In this document: one piece after another, positions 1 through 9,788 of the stretch
Layout of the letters: each line of letters starts with the position of its first letter
Position numbering within the stretch: position 1 is the first letter of the stretch
IMG/VR virus record: IMGVR_UViG_3300046810_000322
Span: 7,268-71,267 of that record
Reading direction: 5' to 3' (one strand)
DNA: 64,000 nucleotides
DNA from: a virus
The notes under the pieces: model-generated
Databases searched by the model: none
Told to the model about the DNA's origin: nothing
The model's input: the letters and a program-made list of their open reading frames with translations, nothing else
Translations under genes and position numbers: made by a program

Positions 1-310
1 CTTCACTCCAGCCCGCTCACTGAACGATCAGTTTGGTGCAGCAAAGCAGCAAAACGATGTCCGAGTCTCCAACCTCAAAGACACGAACGATATCTTGTCC
101 AAGTCGTACGAAACATTGGGCACGATCTCGAATACGTTGTCTGACATCAAAGGGTTGTTGGGTGTCGGAGCCTCAGGTGCCAAGGCTGCTGAAGCCTCTG
201 GTAACAGCAATGCAATACCAACGTCGCAAAGTGCACGCAATGCGGATAAGCGCGTAAAGGATCTTCCTAAGCCACCAATCAGTGTTGCGCGTCCAGCTGC
301 ACCGTACTAA
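1..310 (+). CDS. 3' end of a gene starting before the window (possibly the large tail-associated protein, phiKZ gp181-like by position)
   Basis: Frame open from position 2 (FTPARSLNDQFG...) to TAA at 308-310, followed by a hairpin; identity inferred only from the neighbouring gene. Confidence 0.5.
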   Translation, partial: FTPARSLNDQFGAAKQQNDVRVSNLKDTNDILSKSYETLGTISNTLSDIKGLLGVGASGAKAAEASGNSNAIPTSQSARNADKRVKDLPKPPISVARPAAPY

Positions 311-316
311 GGTGAT

Positions 317-350
317 GGGGTGGGGTAACTCCCACCCCTTGCTTCTTTTC
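317..350 (+). terminator. Intrinsic terminator-like hairpin
   Basis: GGGGTGGG-gtaact-CCCACCCC followed by TTGCTTCTTTTC. Confidence 0.65.
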
Positions 351-369
351 AACCTAAGGATTCTTTTTC

Positions 370-2355
370 ATGGCAACTAAATTAGACTCCCAGTGGATTC
401 GTCGTTCCTTCCTTGTAAAGAAGGACGAACTTGATCCACAGTCGGATGACTTCAAGCGTCGCTTCTATAGTAGCGCTTTGATTGACTATACGGATACCCG
501 CCCAGGCGGCAGTCTGTGTATCAATCCGCCTGCGCAGCGTACGCGGTTCGCCGACATCCGGATCAAGAACGCCCTGACAGGAAGCCTTGGCAAGGGTCGC
601 TGGTACAAAGAGACGATCGACGATAATTCGCAGATCATCCACATGCGGTTCGGGGTCGAGCAACATAACTCCCTGACCAGTTTCTTCACCGGATTTTACA
701 ACAGTGCCGCGAGTCAGATTGCGCGCACTGGTCGCGCTAGCAATAAATTCTTCTACGCACTCGGTAAGGTGGCCGGCTTCGTGGTTCAGCTGGCTTCATG
801 GAAGTTGTTGGCTATCCATTTCTTGGGTGCAGCAATTAACTTCCTGACCAAGGAACCCCACTCCAAGTTTTACTATTCCAAGCCAGCCATGCCGCTGTAT
901 TGGAATGCAGTCACCACCATGGTCAATCACATGGCAGTGAACCGCGGCGTCGTGCCTCGTGTCTTTGGTGGCGCCTCAGCAGTTCTGGAACCAGGTTACA
1001 CTGGCGCCGAAGCTGGTGCTACCATGAACAAGATCATGCCGACGATCTTTACACCGAAAGGTAGTATCGACGTCTATGCGCTCGCCAACCGAGCCAAGCG
1101 TCTGGAACGTCAACGCATGAAGCTGCTGGAAGATCGTCTTGACAAAGCGCAAGAAATGGGTATCACGGATCTCCAGAAGGTTATTCGCGATGTCATGAAC
1201 ACTAAGCTACCGACTGCTACGAGTGCAGAGCCGTCGTTGGAAGGTTACCTTGCTCGCTGGTTTACAGTGGCAGAACCAAAGACAGGAGATGCAGAGAAGA
1301 CCAGTGCCAATGAAACCGTGGAAGACACGTATAAAACAGGCACCGATGGAAAGAAAGGGTATCTCAGTTCGGTACTTGACTTTACCAAGGCAGAGATGGA
1401 TGATGGCGGCGCTTTTGCTTCCTTCCGAGTTAACGCCACGGGTCCTGTGAATAACTCCTTCACGAACTCGGTGGGTGAATCGAACCTGTCGTCCAAGATC
1501 AACGGTATGTCTGCTGATGCACGCAGTAAGAAGTTTGACTTCGCTGGCGGTAATCTGGTGGGCGGTGCTGTTGGTGCAGCATTCGGTGCTGTAACCGATG
1601 CGGTGATGTCGTTCGGTCAAGGTGTGTTGGACTCGGTTCAGATGTCTGGTTTGGCTACACTGGCAGGTTCTGCCTTCGTGGACATTCCTAAGTACTGGCA
1701 AGGTTCGACTGCTAACTTGCCGACATCCACTTACACCATCAACTTGGTGTCGCCATACCACAATCCGATCTCGCAGATCCTGAACATTGACATCCCTCTG
1801 GCGATGTTACTGGCAGGTGTCTTACCCAAGTCAACTGGTGCACAATCGTACACTGGTCCATTCTTGGTCGAGCTGTATGACCGCGGTCGTTGTCAAACCC
1901 GCCTCGGCATGATTGACTCGTTGTCCATCACACGGGGCACCGGTAACGTCGGCTTCAATCAAGACGGTAAGGCGCTGGGCGTTGATGTGTCCTTCACAAT
2001 CGTGGATATGTCGTCTGTGCTGCACATGCCCATTACCGAGAACTTCAGTTTCATTGAAGGTGCTGCTCAGGCAGTGGGTAGTGCTGTGGGTGGTGATGTA
2101 GGTCAGATCGCTGCAATCACATTGACTGGCGGTGCTTTCACGGAAGACACCGTGTTCTCCGACTATCTGGCGGTATTGTCAGGGATGGCGCTGAATGATC
2201 AGATCTACGGTTTCCAGAACCTGAAACTGAACTTGACCCGCAAGATGGCTGCGTTCGAGACTTGGAAGAGTCCTGCACACATGGCCAGCTTCTTGGGTGA
2301 CACCTTCCCGATCCGTGCTCTGAGTATGTTCTATCGTGGTACGGACAAACAGTAA
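370..2355 (+). CDS. Virion structural (tail/baseplate) protein, phiKZ gp182-like
   Basis: 661-aa ORF with AAGGA RBS; size and motifs (TDTxxGGxxxINP, PFLVELYDRGR, IDSLSITRG) recall the conserved jumbo-phage structural protein. Confidence 0.6.
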   Translation: MATKLDSQWIRRSFLVKKDELDPQSDDFKRRFYSSALIDYTDTRPGGSLCINPPAQRTRFADIRIKNALTGSLGKGRWYKETIDDNSQIIHMRFGVEQHNSLTSFFTGFYNSAASQIARTGRASNKFFYALGKVAGFVVQLASWKLLAIHFLGAAINFLTKEPHSKFYYSKPAMPLYWNAVTTMVNHMAVNRGVVPRVFGGASAVLEPGYTGAEAGATMNKIMPTIFTPKGSIDVYALANRAKRLERQRMKLLEDRLDKAQEMGITDLQKVIRDVMNTKLPTATSAEPSLEGYLARWFTVAEPKTGDAEKTSANETVEDTYKTGTDGKKGYLSSVLDFTKAEMDDGGAFASFRVNATGPVNNSFTNSVGESNLSSKINGMSADARSKKFDFAGGNLVGGAVGAAFGAVTDAVMSFGQGVLDSVQMSGLATLAGSAFVDIPKYWQGSTANLPTSTYTINLVSPYHNPISQILNIDIPLAMLLAGVLPKSTGAQSYTGPFLVELYDRGRCQTRLGMIDSLSITRGTGNVGFNQDGKALGVDVSFTIVDMSSVLHMPITENFSFIEGAAQAVGSAVGGDVGQIAAITLTGGAFTEDTVFSDYLAVLSGMALNDQIYGFQNLKLNLTRKMAAFETWKSPAHMASFLGDTFPIRALSMFYRGTDKQ

Positions 2356-2369
2356 CAAAAAAGAAAGAC

Positions 2370-2412
2370 GGCATACACTCCCTCTACCCAAAAGGGTAGA
2401 GGGAGCTATGTC
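2370..2412. terminator. Bidirectional hairpin flanked by GGCATA/TATGTC
   Basis: CTCCCTCTACCC-aaaa-GGGTAGAGGGAG between convergent genes. Confidence 0.75.
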
Positions 2413-2414
2413 GA

Positions 2415-3860
2415 CTATTCGCCGCTATAACCATTACCGCCGTTGATTTCATTGAACGGTTTACCATTGACCATGATGTTCTTTTCACGTGCCCAGATCA
2501 AATACTTCTGGTGGTCTTCTTCTTTCTTCGCTGCCTTGGCCGCATCAATCTCATCTTGCGACGGACCGACAGGCGCTGGCTCTGGCAACGTTGTCACGTT
2601 TGGCATGGTGTCCGTTGTGATGCTGGTGTAGGTCATTGGGAAGTTCTTCTTCAGTTCATCCTCAGGGGAGGATGGCGGAAACATCGTAGCCATGGAGAAG
2701 TACTTCAGATCCGAATTCCCTTCACTGCCAACCGCACCTTGTTGCATCATGCTACAGAAGTTGGAATTCCCTTCACGTGCCAATGAGATGTCCACCACTG
2801 GATAGTCCACCACCTGCGCGCCCGAATCCGGGTCAGTCTTGTAGCGATCGTCCCGCATCCAGCCTTCATCAAGATCGCCGAATGCGCCAGTGACCTCAGT
2901 GAAATCTTGCCGGGTCTGTTGCGCAGGATTACTTGACGTCGATGGTGTAGTCTTGAAGTTAGTTGCTACAGAACTGATGGTGCTCTTGCTAACAGAGGAC
3001 AGCGCTGGCTTGCCTACTACGCTAACGATGTCGCGGATACCGCCAATGTTCCCGCTCTTGGAAGCGAAACTGATCGCAGCTGTCGCAGCTGATGCGAGGA
3101 TGGAACGATCGCCACCAGCTAAGGTGGATACGGACCTAAATGAACCAGGCAATCCTGAACTCATGCCACCCATTGCTAAACCAGAGATCAGACGGGACGT
3201 GCTATCTTTATCAACGATATTGAGCGGATTCGATCCACCAACGACATTGTTGATCAACGATGACATCTGGTACGACTGGGTAATCTGGCTTGGTAAGAGC
3301 TTGCTAGACAGGCCACCCAAACTACCGGTGTTAGCGAACGAGCCAAGGTTCGATGGAATAGGCGAACTGAAGGCGCCAGTCATGGATGCAGGTAGCTTAC
3401 CGTTGCCTAGGATACTTCCCAGAGAGGTCAAACTCCCGGAGTTCAAGCCAGGAATACCCGTCAACGAGCCACCACCAAGACGCGACATCAGACTTGGACC
3501 AGCTACCGCAGCCGCGATCTTCGTCAGACCACCAATGCCACCCACAGCACCTAATGCCGATGTGCCGAGTGCTTTGGCCTTATCCAACAGGCCACCCCCT
3601 GAGCTGGATGCTTTGTCTTTCAGTGTACTGGCACCAGCTAGCAATCCGTTCTGATTGATTGGCAATTTAACTGACATTGCCAACCCACCGCGCAGTTCAT
3701 CGCCCAGACCAGCATTTTCATCAGCGAGGTAATCCGCGTTGATCTTGGGGAGATTATTGATGACGCTGTCATCTTTAACCTCATAGGCGTCGACTGTCGC
3801 CAAGTCCTCGTCTGGTCCACTGAGGAAAGTGGTGTTCGCCAGTGCGCGGTTATTTAACAT
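2415..3860 (-). CDS. Gly/Ser-rich hypothetical protein, probably virion-associated
   Basis: Long ORF; start placed at ATG 3860 (MLNNRAL) because a terminator occupies 3872-3906. Confidence 0.7.
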   Translation of the reverse strand: MLNNRALANTTFLSGPDEDLATVDAYEVKDDSVINNLPKINADYLADENAGLGDELRGGLAMSVKLPINQNGLLAGASTLKDKASSSGGGLLDKAKALGTSALGAVGGIGGLTKIAAAVAGPSLMSRLGGGSLTGIPGLNSGSLTSLGSILGNGKLPASMTGAFSSPIPSNLGSFANTGSLGGLSSKLLPSQITQSYQMSSLINNVVGGSNPLNIVDKDSTSRLISGLAMGGMSSGLPGSFRSVSTLAGGDRSILASAATAAISFASKSGNIGGIRDIVSVVGKPALSSVSKSTISSVATNFKTTPSTSSNPAQQTRQDFTEVTGAFGDLDEGWMRDDRYKTDPDSGAQVVDYPVVDISLAREGNSNFCSMMQQGAVGSEGNSDLKYFSMATMFPPSSPEDELKKNFPMTYTSITTDTMPNVTTLPEPAPVGPSQDEIDAAKAAKKEEDHQKYLIWAREKNIMVNGKPFNEINGGNGYSGE

Positions 3861-3871
3861 GCTGTGCCTTT

Positions 3872-3906
3872 TTGAACAAAAAAAAGAATGCCCCCGAAGG
3901 GGCACT
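3872..3906 (-). terminator. Intrinsic terminator
   Basis: Minus strand GTGCCCC-TTCG-GGGGCAT followed by TCTTTTTTTT. Confidence 0.8.
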
Positions 3907-3919
3907 CAGCCAAAGCTGA

Positions 3920-4498
3920 TTAACGTGCGATCAGTTTAGCGTACTCCTCGTTACTTGGCAGTTCAGGAGTTTCACCTTTCTGCATCAGCGTACGGAGTTC
4001 GGTTAACGAGTTCGTCAGGATCGCGCCTTCCGGTGGCCGGATTGGCACATTGCCAGGACCGAACAAGAAGTATTCATCGAAAGGAGCTTCAGACGCCAGG
4101 AAGAGTGTTGCTATCACAGGATTGTGGTTCAACTTCGCCAGGATAGCTGACATCATGACACGCTCTTCATTTGGGATATCGCGCTCAACCAACTTACCTG
4201 CTTCGAGTTGCTTACGGTAATGCGTCTTCGCTTGCGCGCCCGTCAGCGAACGGAAGGAGTCGTCGCAGCATCCCGTTTTCACATACAGCATGAAACCTTC
4301 GATGCACTTGAAGGGACCGAAGTAGGGGTGTTCGAAACGAGCAACGTAGTAGGTCGAGAGGATGCGGCCGAGTTTATTCCGGCTGCATTTGTAATGGACG
4401 TTGATGTGGCCAACCCCATCAGCTGCGGGATTGGGCAGGGGAGTACTTGGAGTTTCAGTTTTTGTCTTCATCATCGTTGCCAGTGCAAAGCGGTTCAA
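3920..4498 (-). CDS. NADAR (YbiA / T4 gp30.3)-like protein
   Basis: LS..F..F..EGF..K, L.G..A, AILAKLNHNPVIATLFLAS and LTNSLTELRTLM match the NADAR pattern AKF.Q..L..LL.T ... LG.LLM.LR. Confidence 0.55.
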   Translation of the reverse strand: MNRFALATMMKTKTETPSTPLPNPAADGVGHINVHYKCSRNKLGRILSTYYVARFEHPYFGPFKCIEGFMLYVKTGCCDDSFRSLTGAQAKTHYRKQLEAGKLVERDIPNEERVMMSAILAKLNHNPVIATLFLASEAPFDEYFLFGPGNVPIRPPEGAILTNSLTELRTLMQKGETPELPSNEEYAKLIAR

Positions 4499-5037
4499 GG
4501 ACCTATGCCAATGTATTGTTGATTATTATCGTCATCATCATCATCCTCGTCATCGAGGAATGGAATCTGCTCCTGGTCGTCAGGACGTTTTGGCATCGTT
4601 GCGTCGGGGTTGTCCGCCAGCTCTTCATCGAACATCGGGACATCCTTCAGGCCGTCATTCAAATTGACCATCACCCGGTGGGTGGTGATCGTACCGTCAT
4701 GATGACGCGCCTCGAGCGTGATACGGAATTCCAGGAACTGCATGAACCTCATGCACTTGCAGAACACTTTCCAACTCATGGTGGGGTTGGAGAACTCCTT
4801 GTTCAGATTGCCGCGGTTGTTAAACCGTTCTTTTGGATTATCCGGCACATGGTTCTTTGGATCGTTCAGAAAGCGATCCATGAGCATGCTGAAGCGATAG
4901 CCAGAGACCCTGGTGTCTTTCAGGATCACACGCCACAACTTGGAGAGCAAGCCGACGCTCCCATACGTTTTGTGTATTTCTTTGTTCGGATCATCAAGCA
5001 TCCGGGAGATGGGCTTGACTTTTGGTTTCTTGACCAT
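4495..5037 (-). CDS. Conserved hypothetical protein (MSWKVFCK family), acidic C-tail
   Basis: Likely start MVKKPK at 5037; stop overlaps the next start. Confidence 0.7.
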   Translation of the reverse strand: MVKKPKVKPISRMLDDPNKEIHKTYGSVGLLSKLWRVILKDTRVSGYRFSMLMDRFLNDPKNHVPDNPKERFNNRGNLNKEFSNPTMSWKVFCKCMRFMQFLEFRITLEARHHDGTITTHRVMVNLNDGLKDVPMFDEELADNPDATMPKRPDDQEQIPFLDDEDDDDDDNNQQYIGIGP

Positions 5038-5101
5038 GCTGTACCTCAAAAGTAAAATAGAATGCAGCGATATCGCTATCTGCACCAAAGAGATGGAAGG
5101 G

Positions 5102-5635
5102 CTATGCGTGATTCTTAATCGCTGCACTTGTCTCTTCAAGAGAAAGACCTATTTCGATCAATACATGAAACAGGGAATTGAGCATCCGTTGGTTATACGT
5201 CTTGGTGTCGTGCTCGATGTGTTTAGCATCGTCAACCGCCTGACACAACGCAATAACTGCCGCCGAGAGTTCTTGCAGCTTCGCATGAAGCGAATCCAGA
5301 TAAAAGCCATCGGCAGTAATGAAGAACCGATTGAGTGGTTTTTTGATGAGTTTGTAATCGCAACGTGCACTCAACACGTAGCCGCCATGTTCCAAACTGC
5401 TGATATGACTGGCGAGGTCATTGATACATGCTTCGATGTTTTGATGCACTGTAGGTATGGTCCGACCGTGACCGATGCTCTGCTTGTACTCAGTGAACGA
5501 CTTCCAATCAATCGTTTCATACAGCAGACGACAACGATCCATAGGGGTCAATTGTTCAGGGATACTATCTTCCAGCTCGATGCCCTGAAGTTTGGCAAAC
5601 CAATCCTTAGCCCATTGCCAGAGGAAACTAGACAT
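5102..5635 (-). CDS. Hypothetical protein
   Basis: 177-aa ORF with AGGAG RBS, downstream of a promoter-like motif. Confidence 0.7.
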   Translation of the reverse strand: MSSFLWQWAKDWFAKLQGIELEDSIPEQLTPMDRCRLLYETIDWKSFTEYKQSIGHGRTIPTVHQNIEACINDLASHISSLEHGGYVLSARCDYKLIKKPLNRFFITADGFYLDSLHAKLQELSAAVIALCQAVDDAKHIEHDTKTYNQRMLNSLFHVLIEIGLSLEETSAAIKNHA

Positions 5636-5680
5636 TCAACACTCCTTTCAAAGTCATACACGGTAGGTATACTATCTTAA

Positions 5681-5699
5681 TGATATAGTTTTGAGATTT
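5681..5699 (-). promoter_or_regulatory. Putative phage promoter TCA-N3-CTATAT
   Basis: Minus strand AAATCTCAAAACTATATCA; same motif at 41130-41148 and 57128-57146. Confidence 0.55.
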
Positions 5700-5745
5700 A
5701 ATAGCGTAAATCTCGAGGATTCCCCCTTTCTGTTAGGAGTAAGTC

Positions 5746-6261
5746 ATGCAGGACGAAATTGACGAAGAGTATGAAGTAGGCCCTAGCGATAACCCACCTG
5801 CTCCGGCCGCCACGGCAGCGCCTCCTGTTCCAGACGATCTGGCGACGGATATTGATTTCCTGGACTTGGATGCAACGCTGGCGTTCACCCAGAAGAAACG
5901 CGTCAGGGTTATCAACCAGATCAACAAGAACTTGCACCAGATCGAAGATCCAGCCATGATCTCGGCCATGCTCAAGGGCTTGGGTGATATGGATAAAGCT
6001 GTGATCTCCCGCCGCCGGGTTGGTATCGAAGAAGAAGCCAGCAAGACCGCCGATCAACAAGCCCGCAACAGTGCAGAGATTCTGCGTTCTATCAACGCAA
6101 AACTCTTCCAGGTACCAGCAGAGGCCGGATCTGCACCACGTGAAACACCGAAGCTCCCAGACGACATTATTCCAGTCATGGTGCCAGGTGAAACGGATAT
6201 CCAAACGCATCAGTTGTCATACGACGCCTTCGCTAAGGGCATCCAACAAGAACCTGCTTGA
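5746..6261 (+). CDS. Hypothetical protein
   Basis: 171-aa ORF, AGGAG RBS, followed by a hairpin. Confidence 0.75.
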   Translation: MQDEIDEEYEVGPSDNPPAPAATAAPPVPDDLATDIDFLDLDATLAFTQKKRVRVINQINKNLHQIEDPAMISAMLKGLGDMDKAVISRRRVGIEEEASKTADQQARNSAEILRSINAKLFQVPAEAGSAPRETPKLPDDIIPVMVPGETDIQTHQLSYDAFAKGIQQEPA

Positions 6262-6278
6262 ATTGTATCGCCAACGAA

Positions 6279-6326
6279 CCGCTGCTACCCTGCTCTTGCG
6301 AGCGGGTAGCAGTGGGCGTTTATGTC
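6279..6326. terminator. Hairpin plus TATGTC between convergent genes
   Basis: CCGCTGCTACCC...GGGTAGCAGTGG then TTTATGTCG. Confidence 0.65.
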
Positions 6327-6331
6327 GTCAA

Positions 6332-7060
6332 TTAGGTTGGCTTAACAACACTAAAGAGTTCAATTGGCAGTAGCTGAAGAGAAACTCCACCTGATACAGC
6401 TTTTTCGATTGCTTCAAAAGGATTCCATTCAAACTGTGTTTTCAGTTCATTGAGTTGTTCTTCAGTCGGCGTTTGAACATGATAGATAGCAGGGGCGTAC
6501 AAAGTAACCTCGGTCATGGGTTTCTTCATGATCGCTTGCTGTTGCGTCGAAAGCCAGTTCTCGTAGTCATACATCAGCATGCCCGAGTAATTTGACTTGC
6601 AGTGATCCGGGGTTAGCTCCGCATCAGAGAGGTGAGTTGTTTCCACTTTGAATGGTATTCCTACCGTGGTGAACTCTTCCATCTTTAGAGCGATTACCTC
6701 CAACAACTGCGCCGTGTCTTCCTCAGAGAGCGAGTACGGATACGTATTGACAACAATGCGCACACCTTCGTGGAATGGCCTGGTAAGTGCTTGCTTCATC
6801 AGCGAGGTAACGATTTTACGCAGCAATAACAGGACCTCGGTTAAGGTCGAGAGGGCGAGCGTTTCGACATCGCGATTGGCGTACAGGGCGTTATAGGCGT
6901 CCACGTCTACACCTGGGAATTTATCATCCATGCGGTGATGATAGTTGCCCGTTAAAACTTTCAGGACAAGATCGTCTCCACCCAACTTGGCAATGGTACC
7001 GATCCTGGTATCGAGAAGTACGTCTAAAGGAACGTATATCCCGCTGAGTGCTTGACTCAT
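6332..7060 (-). CDS. Conserved jumbo-phage hypothetical protein
   Basis: 242-aa ORF with N-terminal LDVLLDTRIG motif. Confidence 0.75.
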   Translation of the reverse strand: MSQALSGIYVPLDVLLDTRIGTIAKLGGDDLVLKVLTGNYHHRMDDKFPGVDVDAYNALYANRDVETLALSTLTEVLLLLRKIVTSLMKQALTRPFHEGVRIVVNTYPYSLSEEDTAQLLEVIALKMEEFTTVGIPFKVETTHLSDAELTPDHCKSNYSGMLMYDYENWLSTQQQAIMKKPMTEVTLYAPAIYHVQTPTEEQLNELKTQFEWNPFEAIEKAVSGGVSLQLLPIELFSVVKPT

Positions 7061-7102
7061 GGTTTATCGTCTTTCAGGGGTTTGGGAAGACTGCTACTCT
7101 TT

Positions 7103-7654
7103 TTATTTTTTCTCAACCGGTGTTTTCAAGACCGGATGGTCAAGGTCAATGAATGCAAAGATCAGCATTACAATAACCAGCCAGGTATTCGCGACGATGA
7201 TAGCACGCGCCTGACTCGCGTTTGGTAATTCCTCTAAGAAATTGGGTGGCATGCAGACACTGTCGTCAGCAGCAGTTGATTCTTCTGCTGACACAAACAG
7301 TCCGGCGTCCATGTCTTCCGACATGGCGATAGCCAAGTCCAGCAAGATCGCGTTTGCGACACTCCTGCCTTGGCCTCCCGAAATGTTCATGAAGAAAACA
7401 AACCTGGTATTCATGAACCAAGAACGGAGAATTTCATCGTTGAAGATGAATTTGTCCGCCAGTTCAGTGAGCATATCCTTGGTACCCAAGAGATGCGCAT
7501 TCCATTCGCCAAGCAAAACGATCAGCTTGGAGCGAACGTACACAGCATCGTCAGAGGACAAATTCCGCAAGGTCTGCTCCATGGCAGCGATAAATCGGCC
7601 CTTGACAAGATCAACGTCGTAGGCCACTGGAGTAGGTTCGTTCATATCTCTCAC
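7103..7654 (-). CDS. Hypothetical protein
   Basis: 183-aa ORF coupled to the RNAP subunit gene. Confidence 0.7.
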   Translation of the reverse strand: MRDMNEPTPVAYDVDLVKGRFIAAMEQTLRNLSSDDAVYVRSKLIVLLGEWNAHLLGTKDMLTELADKFIFNDEILRSWFMNTRFVFFMNISGGQGRSVANAILLDLAIAMSEDMDAGLFVSAEESTAADDSVCMPPNFLEELPNASQARAIIVANTWLVIVMLIFAFIDLDHPVLKTPVEKK

Positions 7655-8322
7655 AACGTGTTACTGAGGTGCATAGCGTTGAAATACGTCGACAGCGAAC
7701 GCGTCGACTCAACACCACCCGCCAAGTGTTCAATGGATTCCATCGACACCGCGCCAGTCTTATCGATCATGTCGTTCATCGCATCAAATGCCTTCACGTC
7801 ACCGCCCCTGGCTTTCAGGAACTCGGTAATCATTTCAGGCAAATCGAGCGCTGCCAACACTTGGATCTCAGGCGACGAGAGCTTACTGCCTTTAGAGTCA
7901 CCCGAAGGCTGACCAGTGAGTTCGTCTATGGAGCGGTTGTGCTTTGGAATACGTGCTTTCTTATCCACGAGCTGAGCCTGGCGACGATACGGCAGGTCCA
8001 GCACGATATACCTCTTATTCGTCAGATACGCCGGCGTCACACCGTCACGCGGATCGATCAGGATGCGACTGTAAAAGTCGTGCCCCATGTCTTTACCCAT
8101 TGCCAACGCATTTTCAATGGTCAGCGGACTGTCAGACAAGTTCGGTGCGATGATCGGTAAGCGTATCTCACGATTCTTCAGCTTCAAATAGAACGCGTGG
8201 AAAGCCTGGTCGTCCATACCAGCAAACAGATCCTTGTAGATCTGCGTAGTAGGACCACCAGGAGCCATCTGTTCGATGCGCTTAAGAATAACTGCTTCAG
8301 CTGCGGCGCGGTTTCCAGCCAT
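7651..8322 (-). CDS. Virion RNA polymerase beta subunit, C-terminal part (phiKZ gp149-like)
   Basis: RRQAQLVDKK...DELTGQPSGDSKGSKLSSPEIQVLAA resembles RpoB C-terminal [22 protein letters not shown]; start MAGNRA at 8322. Confidence 0.85.
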   Translation of the reverse strand: MAGNRAAAEAVILKRIEQMAPGGPTTQIYKDLFAGMDDQAFHAFYLKLKNREIRLPIIAPNLSDSPLTIENALAMGKDMGHDFYSRILIDPRDGVTPAYLTNKRYIVLDLPYRRQAQLVDKKARIPKHNRSIDELTGQPSGDSKGSKLSSPEIQVLAALDLPEMITEFLKARGGDVKAFDAMNDMIDKTGAVSMESIEHLAGGVESTRSLSTYFNAMHLSNTL

Positions 8323-8824
8323 GGTTGTTTTCCTTCTCATCCTTTTCAATGTGGACAAGAACAACGCGGCAAGGGATTTCAAGTTCTTGCATGCGATTGA
8401 TCATGTCCCGGGTGCCAGATGACACCCCGTCATAGAAAGTGATAAGATAGTTGCCAACCTCGGACATCTCCTCGTTGCGCCAAAAGCCTGCAAGGAGGTT
8501 GTATTGCTTACCGTCGCCACGAGTGCGAACCACGGCACCCTCTACGTCAATTTCATCCCAACGGGGATGGAACTCGACCCAGGAGTAACCGTTCTTCTTG
8601 CACCAACGAATGATTAAGTCGTCAGCGCCACTCTTAGCAGCACCGGTGATGAACACTACTTTCTTCTTGTCTTCTTCCTTGTCCAACGACAAGTCTTTCA
8701 ACAAGCTCCAGATGTGTTCATCAAAGAGGACGACATCTTCAAAGCCGCGACTGCCGGCTACGATGATGCGCCACTCAAAGTCCTTTAGGCAATCTTTTTC
8801 AAGAGGCCCGTTTTGATCGCGCAT
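8297..8824 (-). CDS. SLOG family (DUF2493/YspA-like) protein
   Basis: IIVAGSRGF, ITGAAKSGAD, AGFWRNEEM, FYDGVSSGTRDMI motifs. Confidence 0.8.
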   Translation of the reverse strand: MRDQNGPLEKDCLKDFEWRIIVAGSRGFEDVVLFDEHIWSLLKDLSLDKEEDKKKVVFITGAAKSGADDLIIRWCKKNGYSWVEFHPRWDEIDVEGAVVRTRGDGKQYNLLAGFWRNEEMSEVGNYLITFYDGVSSGTRDMINRMQELEIPCRVVLVHIEKDEKENNHGWKPRRS

Positions 8825-9138
8825 GGGATTACCTCGGAGTCGAAGAGACGGGACCAGTCTTCCAGCGTGCACTGGCCATTCATCAGGCAGCCACGCGCGT
8901 TGCGGGTGCTCAGGATTTCGTCCGTAGTTGGCAACGACAGGAAGATCGATGTCCAGCAACGGTTGATGTGGAAACGTTGAACGTTGACGTCGTCCGTTGC
9001 CAGGGCTTCAGGATTCAAACCCTTCAGCCATTCCTGTGGATTGATGATACCATTCTTCTCCAGCAGATAAATGACGTGATGCGCCAGAGAAAAGGGCTTT
9101 TCTGCTGGAACATCGCTTTCTACAGTATTCGTATCCAT
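8785..9138 (-). CDS. Hypothetical protein
   Basis: 117-aa ORF in a co-oriented run. Confidence 0.65.
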   Translation of the reverse strand: MDTNTVESDVPAEKPFSLAHHVIYLLEKNGIINPQEWLKGLNPEALATDDVNVQRFHINRCWTSIFLSLPTTDEILSTRNARGCLMNGQCTLEDWSRLFDSEVIPCAIKTGLLKKIA

Positions 9139-9195
9139 GGTATTATATTATCTAAATGTTAACGTTTGGAAATGTTTGCCTATTTTCTAAGCAAC

Positions 9196-9567
9196 TTAGG
9201 ACAGAGCAATGTCACGGATCTTCCGTGCTTTCAGCAACTTGCCGCTGGCGCCACGTGGGTAGAACATCACGCGGTCGCGATGATACTCATGCATACCGTA
9301 GGGACCAATGACAGTCACACAAGGTGGGTTAACTTCCTGGAGATCGATCCGCTCAAAGCGACCGTCCTCCATTTCACTTTGCTCACGCATGGTGGTGATC
9401 GAGCCACACGTGTATTGATACGCAGGCTTCCAACCATCTTCCACCCGATGCGTATCAGGCAGGCCAGTGATAACGTGAATGCTGCCTCGCTGCTTATGCT
9501 TCAGCGCCGTACCGATTGGGTACAGCGGTTTGTTGATATCGGCCATCGTTACTCCTTGGCTTTCCAA
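9196..9567 (-). CDS. Hypothetical protein (weak DUF1653-like pattern)
   Basis: LKHKQRGSIHVI...AYQY...MREQSEMEDGRFERI. Confidence 0.55.
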   Translation of the reverse strand: MESQGVTMADINKPLYPIGTALKHKQRGSIHVITGLPDTHRVEDGWKPAYQYTCGSITTMREQSEMEDGRFERIDLQEVNPPCVTVIGPYGMHEYHRDRVMFYPRGASGKLLKARKIRDIALS

Positions 9568-9764
9568 TACAGCTCAACATCACCTTGGTCACGGAAGAAT
9601 GGAGCCGTCTTCAGTGGCAATACTTGTTGCAGCTGGTAAGCAGGTTTGTTATTGTGAGTGCACTCGTTCGGGGTTTTCGTCACCCGATACGTGGCAGGAA
9701 ACTGCTTATGTTCAATTGTTTGCCCTTTGTGGAACAAACAATTGTTGGTGGAACGACTTAGCAT
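9549..9764 (-). CDS. Small hypothetical protein
   Basis: 71-aa ORF with GGAG RBS. Confidence 0.55.
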   Translation of the reverse strand: MLSRSTNNCLFHKGQTIEHKQFPATYRVTKTPNECTHNNKPAYQLQQVLPLKTAPFFRDQGDVELYWKAKE

Positions 9765-9788
9765 TACAAATACTCCAGTTAGGTACGA

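Noticed and set aside
3861-3905. ORF-track N-terminal extension of the 2415 gene
   Set aside because: Runs through a terminator hairpin and T-tract; ATG 3860 is more plausible
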